From the NCBI GenBank assembly GCA_951406725.2, contig OX597817.1, forward strand, positions 806,001 to 870,000: a stretch of 64,000 nt of DNA, given 5' to 3'. This document shows, one piece after another, positions 12,821-27,120 of the stretch (within the stretch, counting starts at the first letter, position 1; each line of letters opens with the position of its first letter). Position numbers and translations under genes: made by a program. The notes under the pieces were generated by a model. The model was given only the letters and a program-made list of their open reading frames with translations, did not search any database and was not told the DNA's origin. The stretch is from Octopus vulgaris (Eukaryota).

Positions 12821-13610
12821 GCCTTTAAAAGCCGGAATGGTCATAGTTGGAATGCCTTTGATTATAGATCTACTTGTTTGGGTTTCAACAGATTAACCTC
12901 TAGTCTTTCCTTTCAGTGTCAGGGATCTTAAATCTTGTTCGAGATCATCATCGTGTTTCAGTATTCTGGAGTTAATACCAGTAATATAATAAATACACTA
13001 ACATATTGCAATCGATTATAAACATTTTCCCCCGGAGATGTCCTTGTTTCTAAGCAACGGAAATTTATAATATTTTTTTTCACCGTGGAAGGGCGGTTGA
13101 TGGCATAATCAATAGAATTACAGAAAGCCTTGCAGTATTTAATTCTGTCCCTTAGCGGCTGATTTTACTTTGCTTTCTCACAAGATCGATAAAATAAGTA
13201 CAAGCGAAGTGTTGGTGAGATCGATATAATTGACTATTCCCCACATATAAAATTTGTATCTTTGTGCCCTGTCTTAGAAATAAATTATTTTCTACTGTAA
13301 AATAAAGGTTAAAGCGAGTCGGCTTTGATTCCTGGTTGAATTTAATTCCTCCTACTTGCGTCACTAATATGCTTCTAGAGCAACTGAGAAATCAAACAGA
13401 CAGACAGACAGACAGATATATAGACAGCCATAGAAAGATAAATAGAGATAGATAGATAGATAGAAAGAGATAGAGAGAGAGAGAGGAGAAAGGGAGGAGA
13501 AAATTCCTTAATTTCTGTTGTATAGATGAATTCCTTGTTTCATTCTTACTATTCTTTTATTAAAAATAGAATTATTGAAATTTCTAAAGAGACTACGGTC
13601 AGCAGTACTG

Positions 13611-13750
13611 GATATTAATAGTTATCGCCAAGCTAATATGGCAGTCCAGAAATATAGGACGAATGCTGCCGTTGATTAGCTCTAATCAACGGCAGCATTC
13701 GTCCTATATTTCTGGACTGCCATATTAGCTTGGCGATGACTATAAATATT
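13611..13750. repeat. Long near-perfect palindrome (56-bp perfect arms, 2-nt loop)
   Basis: 13624-13679 is the exact reverse complement of 13682-13737; pairing extends with few mismatches to 13611/13750. Confidence 0.95.
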
Positions 13751-14010
13751 CTTTTATTCTTTTATCTTTTACTGGTTTCTGTCATTGGACTGGGGCACCG
13801 TCTTCAAGAATGAAATTACTTTCTCTAAAGTGATTTGAAATATTCCGAAACACGAAAGCTTTATCGAAAGAACAGCCAATCTGAAGAAGATTCTCTTCAG
13901 CTTGAAGGCCATTGACCGTATCAAAAGACTGACTGTGAGAGAAGTCGAGAGAACAGCCGTAGTCATTTTGCTTTCGATGTTCCTCTGTTTCCAGAAAATC
14001 TAATGTAGAG

Positions 14011-14157
14011 CAGGTACGGGCAACCTTTTTTCGAGAAGCGAGCCGCATGAGACATGACTCATTGTCAGGCGGGCCGCACTACTAAAATGCTCAAGATAAC
14101 TTTTCGTTTATCCATATCGTTCAGAAAATCCCGAGGAACGTAGTTTGCCATTGACTG
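14011..14157. mobile_element. hAT-like MITE remnant
   Basis: Ends caggtacgggcaacc ... gtagtttgccattgactg with internal gagccgca/gcgggccgca motifs typical of small hAT elements; no clean TSD. Confidence 0.4.
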
Positions 14158-14368
14158 ATAGAGAATAAATGTAGTGGAATTGACATTCGGCATTGGAAGA
14201 TGCGTAAAAGACATCAGGAGTTTGCCATCAATCTACAGTGCTGAAGAGCAGAATAATAATGGTCTACTATTGCTTAATTAGTCGCTTGTTTAATTACATA
14301 CTTAATTGCTCTTGATAGAATCATAAGAAGACGGACTATCTCTTTCAATCTCTGTCTGTTTCTATATA

Positions 14369-14401
<33 letters not shown>

Positions 14402-14588
14402 GTGTATGTATAATATATGTATGTATGCATATATGTATGAATGTATGAATAAGCACACACATACACACACACGCACACACATACGCACCTCACATTGTAT
14501 ATGTGTGGATGTATTTTGGAAACAATTAAAACATATCTTATTCTTGTAACAGCCGGTGTGTTCAAATCACACACGCACACAAACATGC

Positions 14589-14706
<118 letters not shown>

Positions 14707-14791
14707 AGAAATCGAAACGTCCACATTTATACAAATTGTTTTATTTATTCATTTGATGTAAATCACATGCAAACACATACACGTACGTACC

Positions 14792-14829
<38 letters not shown>

Positions 14830-15094
14830 TATGTATGCCTGTATGTGAGTTGTAGTAGGGTCTCAGAAAGAAGAGAAAGTGGTGACGCTCAGGTAATCTG
14901 CCACCGTTTCAAGACACGTTGTAAGAGAACGTCACAAAACCATTTGAAAACCACTTTGTATCCTCTCACTCTACTAAAAAAAAAAGAGTTCAGCTCTGGA
15001 GTGTCTTGAATTCATTTATTAATTTAAGATACGCCTGAATTGAAAGAAGAAAAAGGAAGAAAAGAGACCGTAGTTGGTTTTGTTGCCTCCAAAT

Positions 15095-15187
15095 ATGAGA
15101 CCGCGAACATGCCGTCGTTACTGCACCTATGGGATCATCATATTTGTTGGCTACCTAATAATGCAAGGATTTATCAAGGTGAACAAG
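15095..15187 (+). CDS. DUF1647-family type II membrane protein, putative exon 1 (signal anchor)
   Basis: MRPRTCRRYCTYGIIIFVGYLIMQGFIKVNK: basic N-terminus plus hydrophobic anchor; strong donor AAG|gtaagt; phase 0 matches exon 27121. The link across 12 kb is inferred. Confidence 0.68.
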
Positions 15188-15448
15188 GTAAGTATTTTTT
15201 GTTTTTCAAACTTTCTCGCCCATACATTTTTCTTTGCGTTAAAGGATTACCTCATCCTGTTGTTGTTGTTGTTATTATTATTATTTGCGGTATTCCGCCC
15301 GTCTTTACGTTCTGAATTCAAATTCTGTCGAGGTCGACTTTGCCTTTTATCCTTTCGGGGTTGATAAATTAAGTACCAGTTGCGTACTGGAGTCAATCTA
15401 ATCGACTGCCCCTTTCAAATTTCAGGCCTTGTGCCTAGAATAGAAAGG

Positions 15449-15714
<266 letters not shown>

Positions 15715-15984
15715 AGGCGGCGAGCTGGCAGAATCGTTGCCCACCGGGCAGAACGCCGAGCGTCATTTCGTCCGACTGCACGTTCTGAGTTCAAATTCCG
15801 CCGAGATCGACTTTGTTTTTCGTCCCGTCGGGGTCGATAAATTAAGATTCTGTGAAATACTGGGGTCGCTGTAAAGTCCTCTCCCCTAAATTTCCTAGCC
15901 TCCCCACCCGCAAAGTTTCAGGTCTTGTGCTTTTTGTAGAAAGGTTTATGATTCTATTTATTATTATCATTTTGATTTGGCTCA

Positions 15985-16150
15985 GGTTTAGTCTTATTTC
16001 TGGTAGGGATTATGTGGATAGCGTGTAACCTTAGGTATCCACCGGTTTTCGGCAGTCTTTCAAGTGCTTAGGACCGCCTGATAATCCTTGCTGTCCTCAA
16101 GAGACAAACTTTCTGTCACAGCTCTACCGAGCATTCTATTTCAATCTATT
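15985..16150 (-). mobile_element. Old Dong/R4-like 3' end remnant
   Basis: Minus strand cagaaagtttgtctcttgaggacagcaaggattatc = QKVCLLRTARII, like the terminal QKIVLTSTAHILRK motif of the intact element. Confidence 0.45.
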
Positions 16151-16844
16151 TATGACAACAACAACAATTTTTTTAAATCACAGGTTTTGTTGGAACTCTT
16201 TGAGTCTTGCATGAAGGCAGCGAACTGGCAGAGTCGTTAGTACACCGGACAAAATGTTTAGCGGCAACTCGTTCGTCTTTACGTTCTGAGTTCAAATTCC
16301 GCCGAGGCAAAAATGAGAAGCATTTGAGTAATGGGTTCGATATAACAGACTAACCCCACCACCATAAAAAAAAAATAATATAAATTCAGAAAGGATTATT
16401 ATTATAAAGGCAGCGCGCTAGTACGATTGTTAGAGTGTCGGAACAATTCTTAGGGGTTTTTCCTCTGGTTCTTTACGTTCTAAATCGAAACCCTACCTAT
16501 ACCAACTTAGCCTTTCTTGCCTTTCATCCCCGCCAGTCGATAAAAATAAAGTACCTGTCAAGTACTGGAGTCGATGATATTGACAAATTCTCTTCCCCTA
16601 ATATTACTGGCTTTGTACCAAAAAATTTGAAACAAAGGCTGCGAGCTGGTAGAATTGTTAGTGCGTCGGGCAAAATGCTGAGCAGTATTTCCTCTGGTCC
16701 TTTATTTTCAGAGTTCCAATTTTGCCGTGGTCAATCATACCTTTCATCCTTTCAGAGTCGATAAAAATTATACCAATGATATCGACAGGACTCTACCCAC
16801 AAAAAAGGAAAGAAATCCAGGCCTTGTGCCTATTGTAGAAAATC

Positions 16845-17100
16845 ATAATTACCATGTTTTCAATGGCCTCTGTAGATTCCTCGGAGCTGGCTGGTCTGGT
16901 ACCTCTTCCACTCAACCACCACAGCTCACTCATCATTCCATCAACCGTCACTTATGTATCTACTCAATCCAAATTCGCGCTAACCATCTCTTCCCTAGAA
17001 CATCGGTTCTCTGAAATCTTCGACCTACGGAACATTAATGTCATCAAGCTCAACTCACTTGGAGAGGGCCTGCGAAGGTCATGAATGGTGTATCTTTCTC
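16845..17100 (+). mobile_element. CR1/Jockey-group LINE 3' end remnant
   Basis: YHVFNGLC / SSELAGLVP...NHLFPRTSVL*NL resembles the conserved C-terminal F.PRT...WN.L motif. Confidence 0.5.
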
Positions 17101-17336
17101 TAGACTCAGCAAGAGAGTCTAGTGTTTTTGCACATATCGTTATTTATCATAGCAAATATTCCAATTATTATTAGTGCTGTTCTCGATTCCTTCATACTTC
17201 ACATCTTACTTATTTCAGTTTCATGATCATTGTACTTCGACAATTTCTTTACCACTATAGTAAGCGTTTTGGCTAAAAGGAATCGAGATGTCTATCAGAG
17301 TAGAGATATTTTCCTTTTAGTTTCGGTTTCTGGTTG

Positions 17337-17505
17337 GAAGAGAGCAGGCAGAATCTTTAGAATGTCAGAAAAAATGCTGTGCAGTAGTTACTCCAACATT
17401 TTAATTTTGAAGTCAAATCCCACCCAGGTCAACTTTGCCTTTTATCCTTTCAGGGCTGATAAGATAAAGTATCAGTCATATTTTGGAGTCAAAACCATTA
17501 TCATT
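17337..17505 (+). mobile_element. SINE family B, diverged
   Basis: gcaggcagaatctttag...caggtcaactttgccttttatcctttcagggctgataagataaagtatcag. Confidence 0.6.
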
Positions 17506-19700
17506 TAGTGCTCGAAAGAGGCATCACACATTTTCTTTCTGACAATAAAAAGATTTGTGTTCCTTTTAGAAAACCTTTATACTAATATTTAAGGTTAAAA
17601 GCTCTGTGAGACTTCCCAATAACATTTTAAAGACCCTATTATTGCTATTTTCTAGAACGAGTTTAAGCATATCTTTATAGATACGTCTATATAGATCTGT
17701 ACAGAAGTGATTGTACATAAGCTAGTTGTTTTGCTCATTGTATACAATATTATAAACTTTTGGTATTACTCCGTCAATTAAGAAGACACTTGTAAAAAAA
17801 TGACGCCAGGCTTATATAGTTACTTACGGTACACCTGTGTACTAAAGCTCCATAGGACCTTTGCAAAGTAATGTTCTAAGAGGAATGGAGATTCATGGTT
17901 AACACAGAACATTTTCTTTAAGAATTTTAAATTGACTGGTCAAGTGGAAATGTAGAGTACCTAAATGACTGTGTCTTCAATGATATTTGAGGATAGTTAA
18001 TGTCTTAATATGTCTTGTTTCAGAAAATACATCATCCGGAAGAATTTTGGTAACTATAAAATAAAAATTATAGTTATTCTTCTCAATGGGTTTAGAACCA
18101 ATGTCTGTTCCCGTCTGATAAATATTCTTTCTTTTGCTGTCCATTTAAACTGAATTTTGTCATAGAAGTAGAGTTTTGTGTGGGACATTTGCTTCGTGGT
18201 AGTAATGGCCATTTAACATAGAAGATTTATGTTTTTTGTTGTTTTTTGTTCATCCCAAAGTCTGTCCTGATTGTGTTGATGGGTAGACCAATGATCAGTG
18301 ACGTTCCAGGATGATCATCCCATTTTTTTTATATACGAAGAACTACATTGTCCAATGTGTTTTTTTACTTTTTATTTAAAGGCAGTAAGATATATCTAAG
18401 GGGATTTGACTGTTATTTTTATGGATCGAGTGACCCACATGGCGGCTGCTATGCTGCTTGTTCATCATGATCGTCATATGTATTATTAATGTGTCTATTT
18501 TTGTTACTAACTTAGTTTCAGTTACAGAAATCTAATCCAGTTTCTTGATAGTTTTTTACTGTCACAGTACTGGCTTTCAATCAATCTACTTACATTCATG
18601 TAACGATCATACTTAACAAATGACCGTATCAAGTTTAGTTTTATGTTAGCTGGAAATATAGTGAGTAACAATACTGGTTGCCTTTATGAAGCTAAGAGAG
18701 GGCATTTGCCGTTGTGAGTCAGATTAATCTTGGATTTTGGGTGTTCCTTAGTTGGTGTTCTCTTAGCTTCAATAAAGGCAATCAGTATTGTTGCTCACTA
18801 TATTTCTAGCTCACATTAAAAAAAAAAAAGAAACTTGATACGGTCTTTGTTAATAACGATCGTTACGTGATAGTAGATTGATTGAGCTATCAACTGTGAC
18901 AATAGATCTGGTTGAGGGTTAACTGGATTGACTAGCCACAATCTTGTTTTGTGTCTCAGCGTGGTTTAAGGAAAAATTAGCTCGTAATGCTAACATGTCG
19001 AGCGAGTCACAGAATCTCCTGTCTGGCTCATTAGAATGTGGTGTAAAACCAAATGGCATGTTAAACTTATCATTTTAGTCTAGTCGTGATTTAAGCAAAA
19101 TTTGGTTGTGCAGGTCGAGGGTTTTCAAGTTTAGGCAATGGCTGCTCAGTAAAACTACCGAATATTCTGCTAGCTGGCTAAATTTGAAATCTCGTTAACT
19201 TTGAAAAATAAATGTGAATCACTCCAGTTCATTCCTCTTTTGAATCCCTTCCGGCCATGACCATCTTTTCTTTTAATCAACTATCGAGCATTTTGGTTAC
19301 TTTATTCACTGTAACCTCCCAATTTTTGAGATGGTAAGATATAATTTGAGGAAGATTTAGCTGATGTTTCTGACGGACCATGTGACTGTGTAGGTACTCA
19401 GATACTCCCTCGTTGTATCGTGAAGACCAGGTTTTCGGTTGTAGGTTCCCAACAATCCGACTGGGTTCCACGACGATGACGACATCTTGCAACAGCCACG
19501 GTTGCTACCATCATAAACCACAACCACAACCACAACCACAACCACAACCACAACCACAAACACCACTACTGCCACCGCTGCTACTGCTTAGAGCGGTGAG
19601 ATACATTTCTACAAGGACCCCCCCCACATTAAACTTGTTCACTTTTCGACTATTATACAAGGTTTCAAATCTTCATTATCACATATAGCTTTCTTAACAG

Positions 19701-19750
<50 letters not shown>

Positions 19751-19943
19751 GCTGCTGCTGCTACTCCAGATAAAGTAAATATCTCTAGTATGTATATAGA
19801 CGTCTACGTATGTTTAGCGTTGATACGTGTCTGAGGGTGTATAATCTTGTGAGTACACATTTGTGTATATGCGTGCGTCGTTGCATGTGGACGTGCTTGT
19901 AGCTTTGTGTGTGTGCATAGCCATGAGTGTGTATATGTCAATA

Positions 19944-19988
<45 letters not shown>

Positions 19989-20826
19989 TGCACGAGATGT
20001 CTGTGATTATGGCAAACCCATAGTAACAGCTGTTGGCCACTAGATGTCACTGCTGTTATTGGGTACCAAAATCACTACCATTCACTGATGAGCTGGCATT
20101 TGGTTATGGAAACAGCTTTCACTGCGTGCATGTAGTGTGTGTATGTGTGTATTGTATGTGTGTGTGTGTGTGTGTGTGTATGTGTGTGTGTGTGTGTGTG
20201 TGTATTGTATGTGTGTGTGTGTATGTGTGTATTGTATGTGTGTGTGTGTGTGTGTTGGTAGATCTGGTGTCTTTTGTTGTCTTTTGTTCTTTTACTGGTT
20301 TCAGTAACGGGCGTGCGACCCTGCTGGAGCACTGCCTTCAAAGTAATTAACTGACCATGTAAATCTCAGTAAGTATTTTGTCTTCACTGGTCATCGAATG
20401 GCTACCAACTGCTGCTCCACTGACCAACAAAGAAAGATTCACATTAATCAATGATAATGAAAGTATTCTGAAGATGAACAGAATATTTTGCGGATGTATT
20501 TTGCTGTCCACCCTCAATCGATGAGAATGTTATGGAAGGCTTACCATGGGACCATGTTGTTGAAGAAATAATTGTAGCCTAGAGGAAGTCAAAATTAGCT
20601 TTAAACAGATCAATTCAGAACCCCTTCCCAACAACTATGGTATGCCAGGTGAGGTTATTAAGTGTGATAGTAGTGTAACTAGGGGAGGAGGAGGGGAAAG
20701 GGGGAACGTGTCCCAGGTGCCGATTGAAGTGGGCTGCAGAATTGACCAGAATATCATAAGCTTGAACTCCATTTATAAAATTGCAATTGTAAGGATGGAT
20801 CCCCAGCTTATCGTTTTATCCTGTTA

Positions 20827-21245
20827 CTAGCAGTGTAGCCCGGCGTTGCTCGGGTTTGTTTTCTTTTCGGCCCTTTAGAATTGAATTTTTGAAAAGTAAA
20901 CATTTTGCATTATGTAGCTTGTTACATTTAAGTGGACATTTTTCTGGTTGAAATACACCGAAAAATGGCGACACAGCTGTCAAAAAATCGTGAAAAACAG
21001 GGATTTTCATAGAAAAAAAAGCACCTTTTTGATGTAAATAATTTTTGGTGTTAACATGGTTCGATTGGAAAATTTTTTCTTCTACGGAAGGAAGAGCAAG
21101 CCTTCTTCTATCATACTTTCAATTTTGGTCAATTTGCGCCGCAGGGTCTTCGAGGAGATAGTGTTAGTTGAAGGCTACCAAACCTGCCACACACACGCGC
21201 GCGCACCCCCCCCCCCACACACAACTTCAGCTTTATATGTATAGA
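20827..21245 (-). mobile_element. Non-autonomous Helitron-like element (second subfamily)
   Basis: Minus strand A|TCtatacatataaagctgaagttg...aaacccgagcaacgccgggctacactgCTAG|T; homologous to 50472-50862. Confidence 0.82.
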
Positions 21246-21569
21246 TTGAAGGTAAGCGCATTATGATGGCTGTCTGCTTTCATTTCTGGACATTTATTAC
21301 GAAGGGCGTCAAAAAGGGCTTGAGGCTCAACTGAGTGAAACCCGCATATTTTCGCCTTGCCAACTACACATACTGCACGACTAAGGGTATAGAATTAAGT
21401 GTGGTGGTAAACATTCTATGTTAAATTTCCTTAACTGTCGTTTATTCATTTTACTGTTAATGATTCTTAATGGTTCTAAAAATAATTCGTTCTTTTCTCG
21501 ACCAAAATCTGCGATAACGAGACCAGAAAATAATGCCTGGAATTCGTTGTTCGATTTGGACATAACAAC

Positions 21570-21813
21570 GTTTTTACCGAAATTGTACCTTGGCCTTCAG
21601 ATGCTGCTCACAATAGCTGTTTGAATTGTAAGCTGCGAACGATCGTTCAGCAAGTTGAGGTTAATTCTATTTTATTTGCGGATATCAATGTCGCAGGATC
21701 GCATGTTTGACCTTGCTCTTCTGAGCATTGAAAGTGAAGAGACAAACGAAACTGATTTTGAACATATAATCAATCAATTCGCCTCATCAAAAGCAAGAAA
21801 GATGAAACTTTAA
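21570..21813 (+). mobile_element. hAT transposase C-terminal dimerisation domain remnant
   Basis: FLPKLYLGLQMLLTIAV*IVSCERSFSKLRLILFYLRISMSQDRMFDLALLSIE...IINQFASSKARK*; the CERSFSKL motif is present. Confidence 0.85.
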
Positions 21814-21849
21814 ACAATCGTATCTTCTTTTTATTACATCTCATTTCAC

Positions 21850-22042
21850 ACATTACGTTTTTTAATACAGTTCTATATTTAAGAGATGAGGAATTATGTA
21901 CATTATTTACATTCAACGGATATTTGTCCTCATCTTGTTTGTTGTTAATACAACGTTTCAGCTGATATACTCTCCGTCCTTCTTCAGGTGTGTTGGGGGA
22001 AATTTCGAACCTGGGTTCTCATTCCTAAGGTATTTTCGATGT
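21850..22042 (-). mobile_element. Penelope-type pLTR remnant with degenerate hammerhead motif (21948-21992)
   Basis: Minus strand acac CTGAAGA a ggacggagagtatatcagct GAAA cg TT gtat; palindromic AACGTT stem III; stem II damaged. Confidence 0.55.
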
Positions 22043-22092
<50 letters not shown>

Positions 22093-22121
22093 TAATAATA
22101 GTAATAATAATAATAATAATA

Positions 22122-23042
22122 AGGGTTTATCATAGCAGCTCAAGATCAATGCCTACCAGGGTTTATCATAGCAGCTCAAGATCAATGCCTACCAACAAGA
22201 AACTACCAGGCCAACAAATTAAAGAACGGCGGTAGCCCAACACGTCGTGTATGTCAACAACAAAATGAAACCATTGATCATGTTGTCTCCAAGTGCAGTC
22301 TTCTAGCGCCTACAGAGTATCTCAACAGGCATGATAGAGCTGCACAATATATTCACTGGGTAATCTGCAAAAACCTGGATTTGCCCCATGAAAAAAACTG
22401 GTGGGAACACAAACCACCTCCAGTGCTTGAAAATGACCACATCACACTCCTCTGGAACTTCACCATTCAAACTGACAAAAATATAGATGCAAATAGGCCA
22501 GACATCATATTGAAAAACTTCAGACAAAGAACATGTCACCTCATTGATATGACTGTCCCAATCGATATAAACGTATCTGTCAAGACCTACCAAAAACTGA
22601 GCAAATATAAAGATCTTGAAATAGAAATCAGCAAAATGTGGAACCTGAAGACTAAAACAATACCTGTTGTCATAGGTGCCCTGGGAATGATAGCAAAAGG
22701 GGCTGATTGCTACCTAACTCAGATACCAGGAAACCCCAAAATGGCAGAAATTCAAAAGATAGTGCTCATGGGAACTGCTCATATTCTACGCAAAATACTT
22801 TCTATGTAATCTCAAGGTTTAAAACAAACATAATTTTCGGTTTAAAAAAAAAAAACAAAAAAAAAACCCCCTTTTTTTTTGTTTTTTTATTTTTAGACAT
22901 TCATTAGTACAACATCCCCACCCCCCAAGTATATGGCACACTAGGCTTAACAACAACATGAACTTCCAATCTGTTGTCTCTTGAGGTCTCTGGGTGAGAC
23001 TTGGAGCCAACTTGTACAAATATAAAGCAAAAGTCAAACATA

Positions 23043-23043
<1 letters not shown>
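22122..23043 (+). mobile_element. 5'-truncated Dong/R4-clade non-LTR retrotransposon (restriction-like endonuclease) in (TAA)n
   Basis: GFIIAAQDQ...ETIDHVVS...RHDR...NRPDII...IDMTVP...KLSKYKDL...IPVVIGALG...QKIVLMGTAHILRK*; (AAT)n on both sides; 36-bp tandem duplication at the 5' junction. Confidence 0.9.
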
Positions 23044-23101
<58 letters not shown>

Positions 23102-23565
23102 TTAATAATAATAATAATAATTATTATTATTGTTGTTTGTTGTTGTTGTTGTTGTTATTGTCATTGTTCAGGTCACTACTTGGAATCGAACTCGGAATCT
23201 TGAGGAGAAAAAGTGGGAGTTAAAGAAAAAGAGGGCCAAGAAATGTGAGAGAGGGAGAGAGAGAAAAAGAAAAGAGGAAGAACGTATGAGGGGGGGGGAC
23301 TAAAAGACAGAGTAAAAGAATCGTACAGAATTTAGATAATACTTACAATAAGGTGAATAAAAGTGTACGTACGCCGCTATATGTATATATAAATATGAGA
23401 AATGGAACAAAAATGCAATTGAGGCCCATAAAACATCCGGACAGATCGACGTTATAAAGGCGGACAGGAAAACAACAATTAGAGGGGACAGGAAAAAGGA
23501 CGGGTCATGCGTAGCTTTCTTTCATCAGTCAAGTTACCAGATGTCCTTACAATTTCGGCCAGTTA

Positions 23566-23921
<356 letters not shown>

Positions 23922-24067
23922 GTAATAAGGAGAATGAAGAATGTGAACATTCAAAACTTGGTGTTTGTTTCCAGTTAGTTTATTCATAATAATAGTCCGA
24001 CACATGTTTCGATCACACCAACTGCATATTGTTGCATAGTCACACACACACACACACGCACATAGAC

Positions 24068-24099
<32 letters not shown>

Positions 24100-24106
24100 G
24101 TATAGA

Positions 24107-24500
24107 GGTAGAGGCGTGGATCTGTGGTAAGAAGTTTGCTTCTGCACTTGGCTCTGGGTACGGTCCCACTGCGTGGCACCTTGAGCAAGTCTTCTACTAT
24201 AACCTCCGGCTGACCAAAACCTTATGAGTGGATTTGGTGGACGAAAGTTGAAAGAAGCCTGTCATATATATATATATCTATGTGTGTGTGTCTTTATGTC
24301 TGTTTGTCCCCCACCACCGCTTGACAACCGGTGTTGGTGTGTTTACGTCCTCGTAACTTAGCGGTTTAGCAAAACACACCGATAGCATAAGCACCAGGTT
24401 TAAAAAGAAAATAAACACCGGGGTCGATTAGTTTGACTAAAATTCTTCAAGGCGGTGCTCCAGCATTGCCGTAGTCTAATGAGTGAAACTAGTAAAATAT
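24107..24500 (+). mobile_element. SINE family A, full length, diverged
   Basis: Colinear with 12424-12820. Confidence 0.82.
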
Positions 24501-24621
24501 ATCTGTATATAGTAAATGTAATGAACAACAAAAGAAAGAATAACTAAGAAAGACATCACAGGAGGGATAAGGTTTAGCAAATACTGAAATGCTGTTTTAG
24601 CTTTAATGAGAAAAGAAAGAG

Positions 24622-24657
24622 TCTTAACTTTTCGGACGTTAGACCTTCATCAGAAGA
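24622..24657 (-). ncRNA. Minimal hammerhead ribozyme-like motif in a putative Penelope tail
   Basis: Minus strand tctt CTGATGA a gg tctaacgt cc GAAA ag TT aaga; stem I TCTT/AAGA; stem III palindrome carries one change. Confidence 0.6.
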
Positions 24658-25094
24658 AACGGAAAATCATGGGATAAATGAGAGAGGAATATTCAGTGAA
24701 AGAAAAATCGGGTGAGATGTTACGGGACAAGTTTCAATGCAGATGTATAGGGGAGTCAAGTATGGAAGAGGGTCTGGTGTGTATGCACATGTATAGGAGG
24801 CAACCATTGTGCAGGAATGGTGTGAGTGTTTTATGAGCGTGTTTAAAAGTGTATGCACACTTCATATGCGTAAAAGTGTGCATGTGTGGAAGTATAGAGG
24901 CGTAGATTAGTGGGGGCGTGAGGTGTTGGTGTGTGTGTGTAATCGTTAAGTATGTATGATGTAAGTAGGTGGGAGCGGACTTGAGTGTGAAGCGACAGTA
25001 AAAGCAAGAGAAATGTGAAAAGTGTACAAGAAGTTTGTGCAAGGGTGTAGGTGTAAAAACGCTGCTGCATGAAAGGAAGAAATGAACTAAACGA

Positions 25095-25177
<83 letters not shown>

Positions 25178-25754
25178 GAGAGAATGAGAGAGAGAGAGAG
25201 GGGAGAGATAGAGATAGAGAGAGAATGAGAAAGAGAGAGAGGGGAGAGATAGAGAGAACGAGTTCTGGGAGAGAAGTCAGAGACAAATTACACAACACTG
25301 GTAAAAAGTATCTTTCTTTTTGTCTGTCTGTCTGTCTATATAAATAGATAGGCATGTATATATTTATATGAACAGAGTGACTCATGCATATGCACAGGCA
25401 CGTGCTATTGCGCATACGTCATTCATATAAACGTGTATAAACAGACACACATGCACACATACATAAACAATTTACATTCACACGCCCATACACGCACATA
25501 CCATCACACACATATACTTACACACACATATATACACATACGTATTTATATGTATGTGTGTGTCTATGTATGTATGTATGTATGTATGTATGTATGTATG
25601 TATGTATGTATCTATCTATCTATCTATACACACACACAGCAAATATAGACAGAAATATTTGCATTCTGAGTTCTCGAACACAGTTGATTGCTCACCTTCA
25701 TTTATGAGTCAAATAATACCTAATCTACAACTGCTTTTCACTCTCTACTTCTTC

Positions 25755-25785
<31 letters not shown>

Positions 25786-26705
25786 CTCTCCTCTCTCTTA
25801 TTAACGTATACATATCATGGCTTCGTACTATTGTCACCTCAAGCCTTGTGACTAAAAGTGAGTGGCTGGAAACTGCATAATTCCGTCGGACATATTCACT
25901 AATACTGGGTTTGAGTTTTGAAAATATTCTATACACTAAAATCGATACCTGTTATCTGTCTTTTTGTAGAAACCAAAATCAAATCGCCTTCAAATCACAC
26001 CCTACAGTCTTAAATAAAAAAAAAAAAACAGAGAAGAGAAAAAAGGACCTGGTCAGCCTTGATCGAACAGTCAACAACAACAGAATCCTGACAACAGTTC
26101 TAGAAATGCACCAGGATCTTTTCGTTCTTAAACAAAGCGATAAAAGCAACAAAAAAGACAGATCGCAGACATGTTTCTGTGTATGAAATATATTTTAAAC
26201 TCAAACCCAGCTCTGATTGACCAGGGCTATGATCAAAAGCGATCCAGTTGTGATCAGCCTGTCATTTTTTTTAATATTTGTAGAACTTCATTGTACAATC
26301 CTTGTACAATAGCGTGTCCTTCCATAAAAAAAATTACAGAATTAGAGATGAAGAATATCCGACAGGATTTTGCAGTTTCTCCTCTACGCAATTTCACTCA
26401 AAAGGCTTGAAGCGATTATAATACGAAGCCTCGATAAAAGACAATTACTCAACATGTGTACGTGTGTGTGAATAAGAGAGAGAGAGAGAGGAGGTAAAAT
26501 GAGAGAGGGAGAGAGAGGCAGTCGTAGGTTAGGTATTTCTAGTTAGTCGAGTGATCACATAAACTCTCCTTCATTGACCTGAATGTTGTATCTTGTGCAA
26601 ATGGTCTTTTCATAGGAAGTGATATCTTTTGAATGTCTGTTTGATGTCAACGTCATATTATCGTTAGAACTCATCCAGAGCACATCTGCATGTTAACGTT
26701 ATATC

Positions 26706-26938
26706 TATTTCTTTACTACCCACAAGGGGCTAAACACAGAGAGGACAAACAAGAACAGACAAACGGATTAAGTCGATTATATCGACCCCAGTGCGTAACT
26801 GGTACTTATTTAATCGACCCCGAAAGGATGAAAGGCAAAGTCGACCTCGGCGGAATTTGAACTCAGAGCGTAGCGGCAGACGAAATACCATTAAGCATTT
26901 CGCCCGGCGTGCTAACGTTTCTGCCAGCTCGCCGCCTT
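26706..26938 (-). mobile_element. SINE family B, young full-length copy with 13-bp TSD
   Basis: TSD ttaacgttatatc at 26693-26705 and 26939-26951; highly similar to 52317-52549. Confidence 0.92.
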
Positions 26939-27120
26939 TTAACGTTATATCATTAAACTTAGTAACATCTGGATCACATTACAGTATCCTCTTATAGCTA
27001 CCTGTATCTATTAAACGAGTCTTTTGTTGATGAAGTTATCTCATCATTGGAAATACACATTTGTTTGATGTTTCTAATATATATCTGATTGATGGTCAGT
27101 TTTTTTACTTCTATTTCTAG

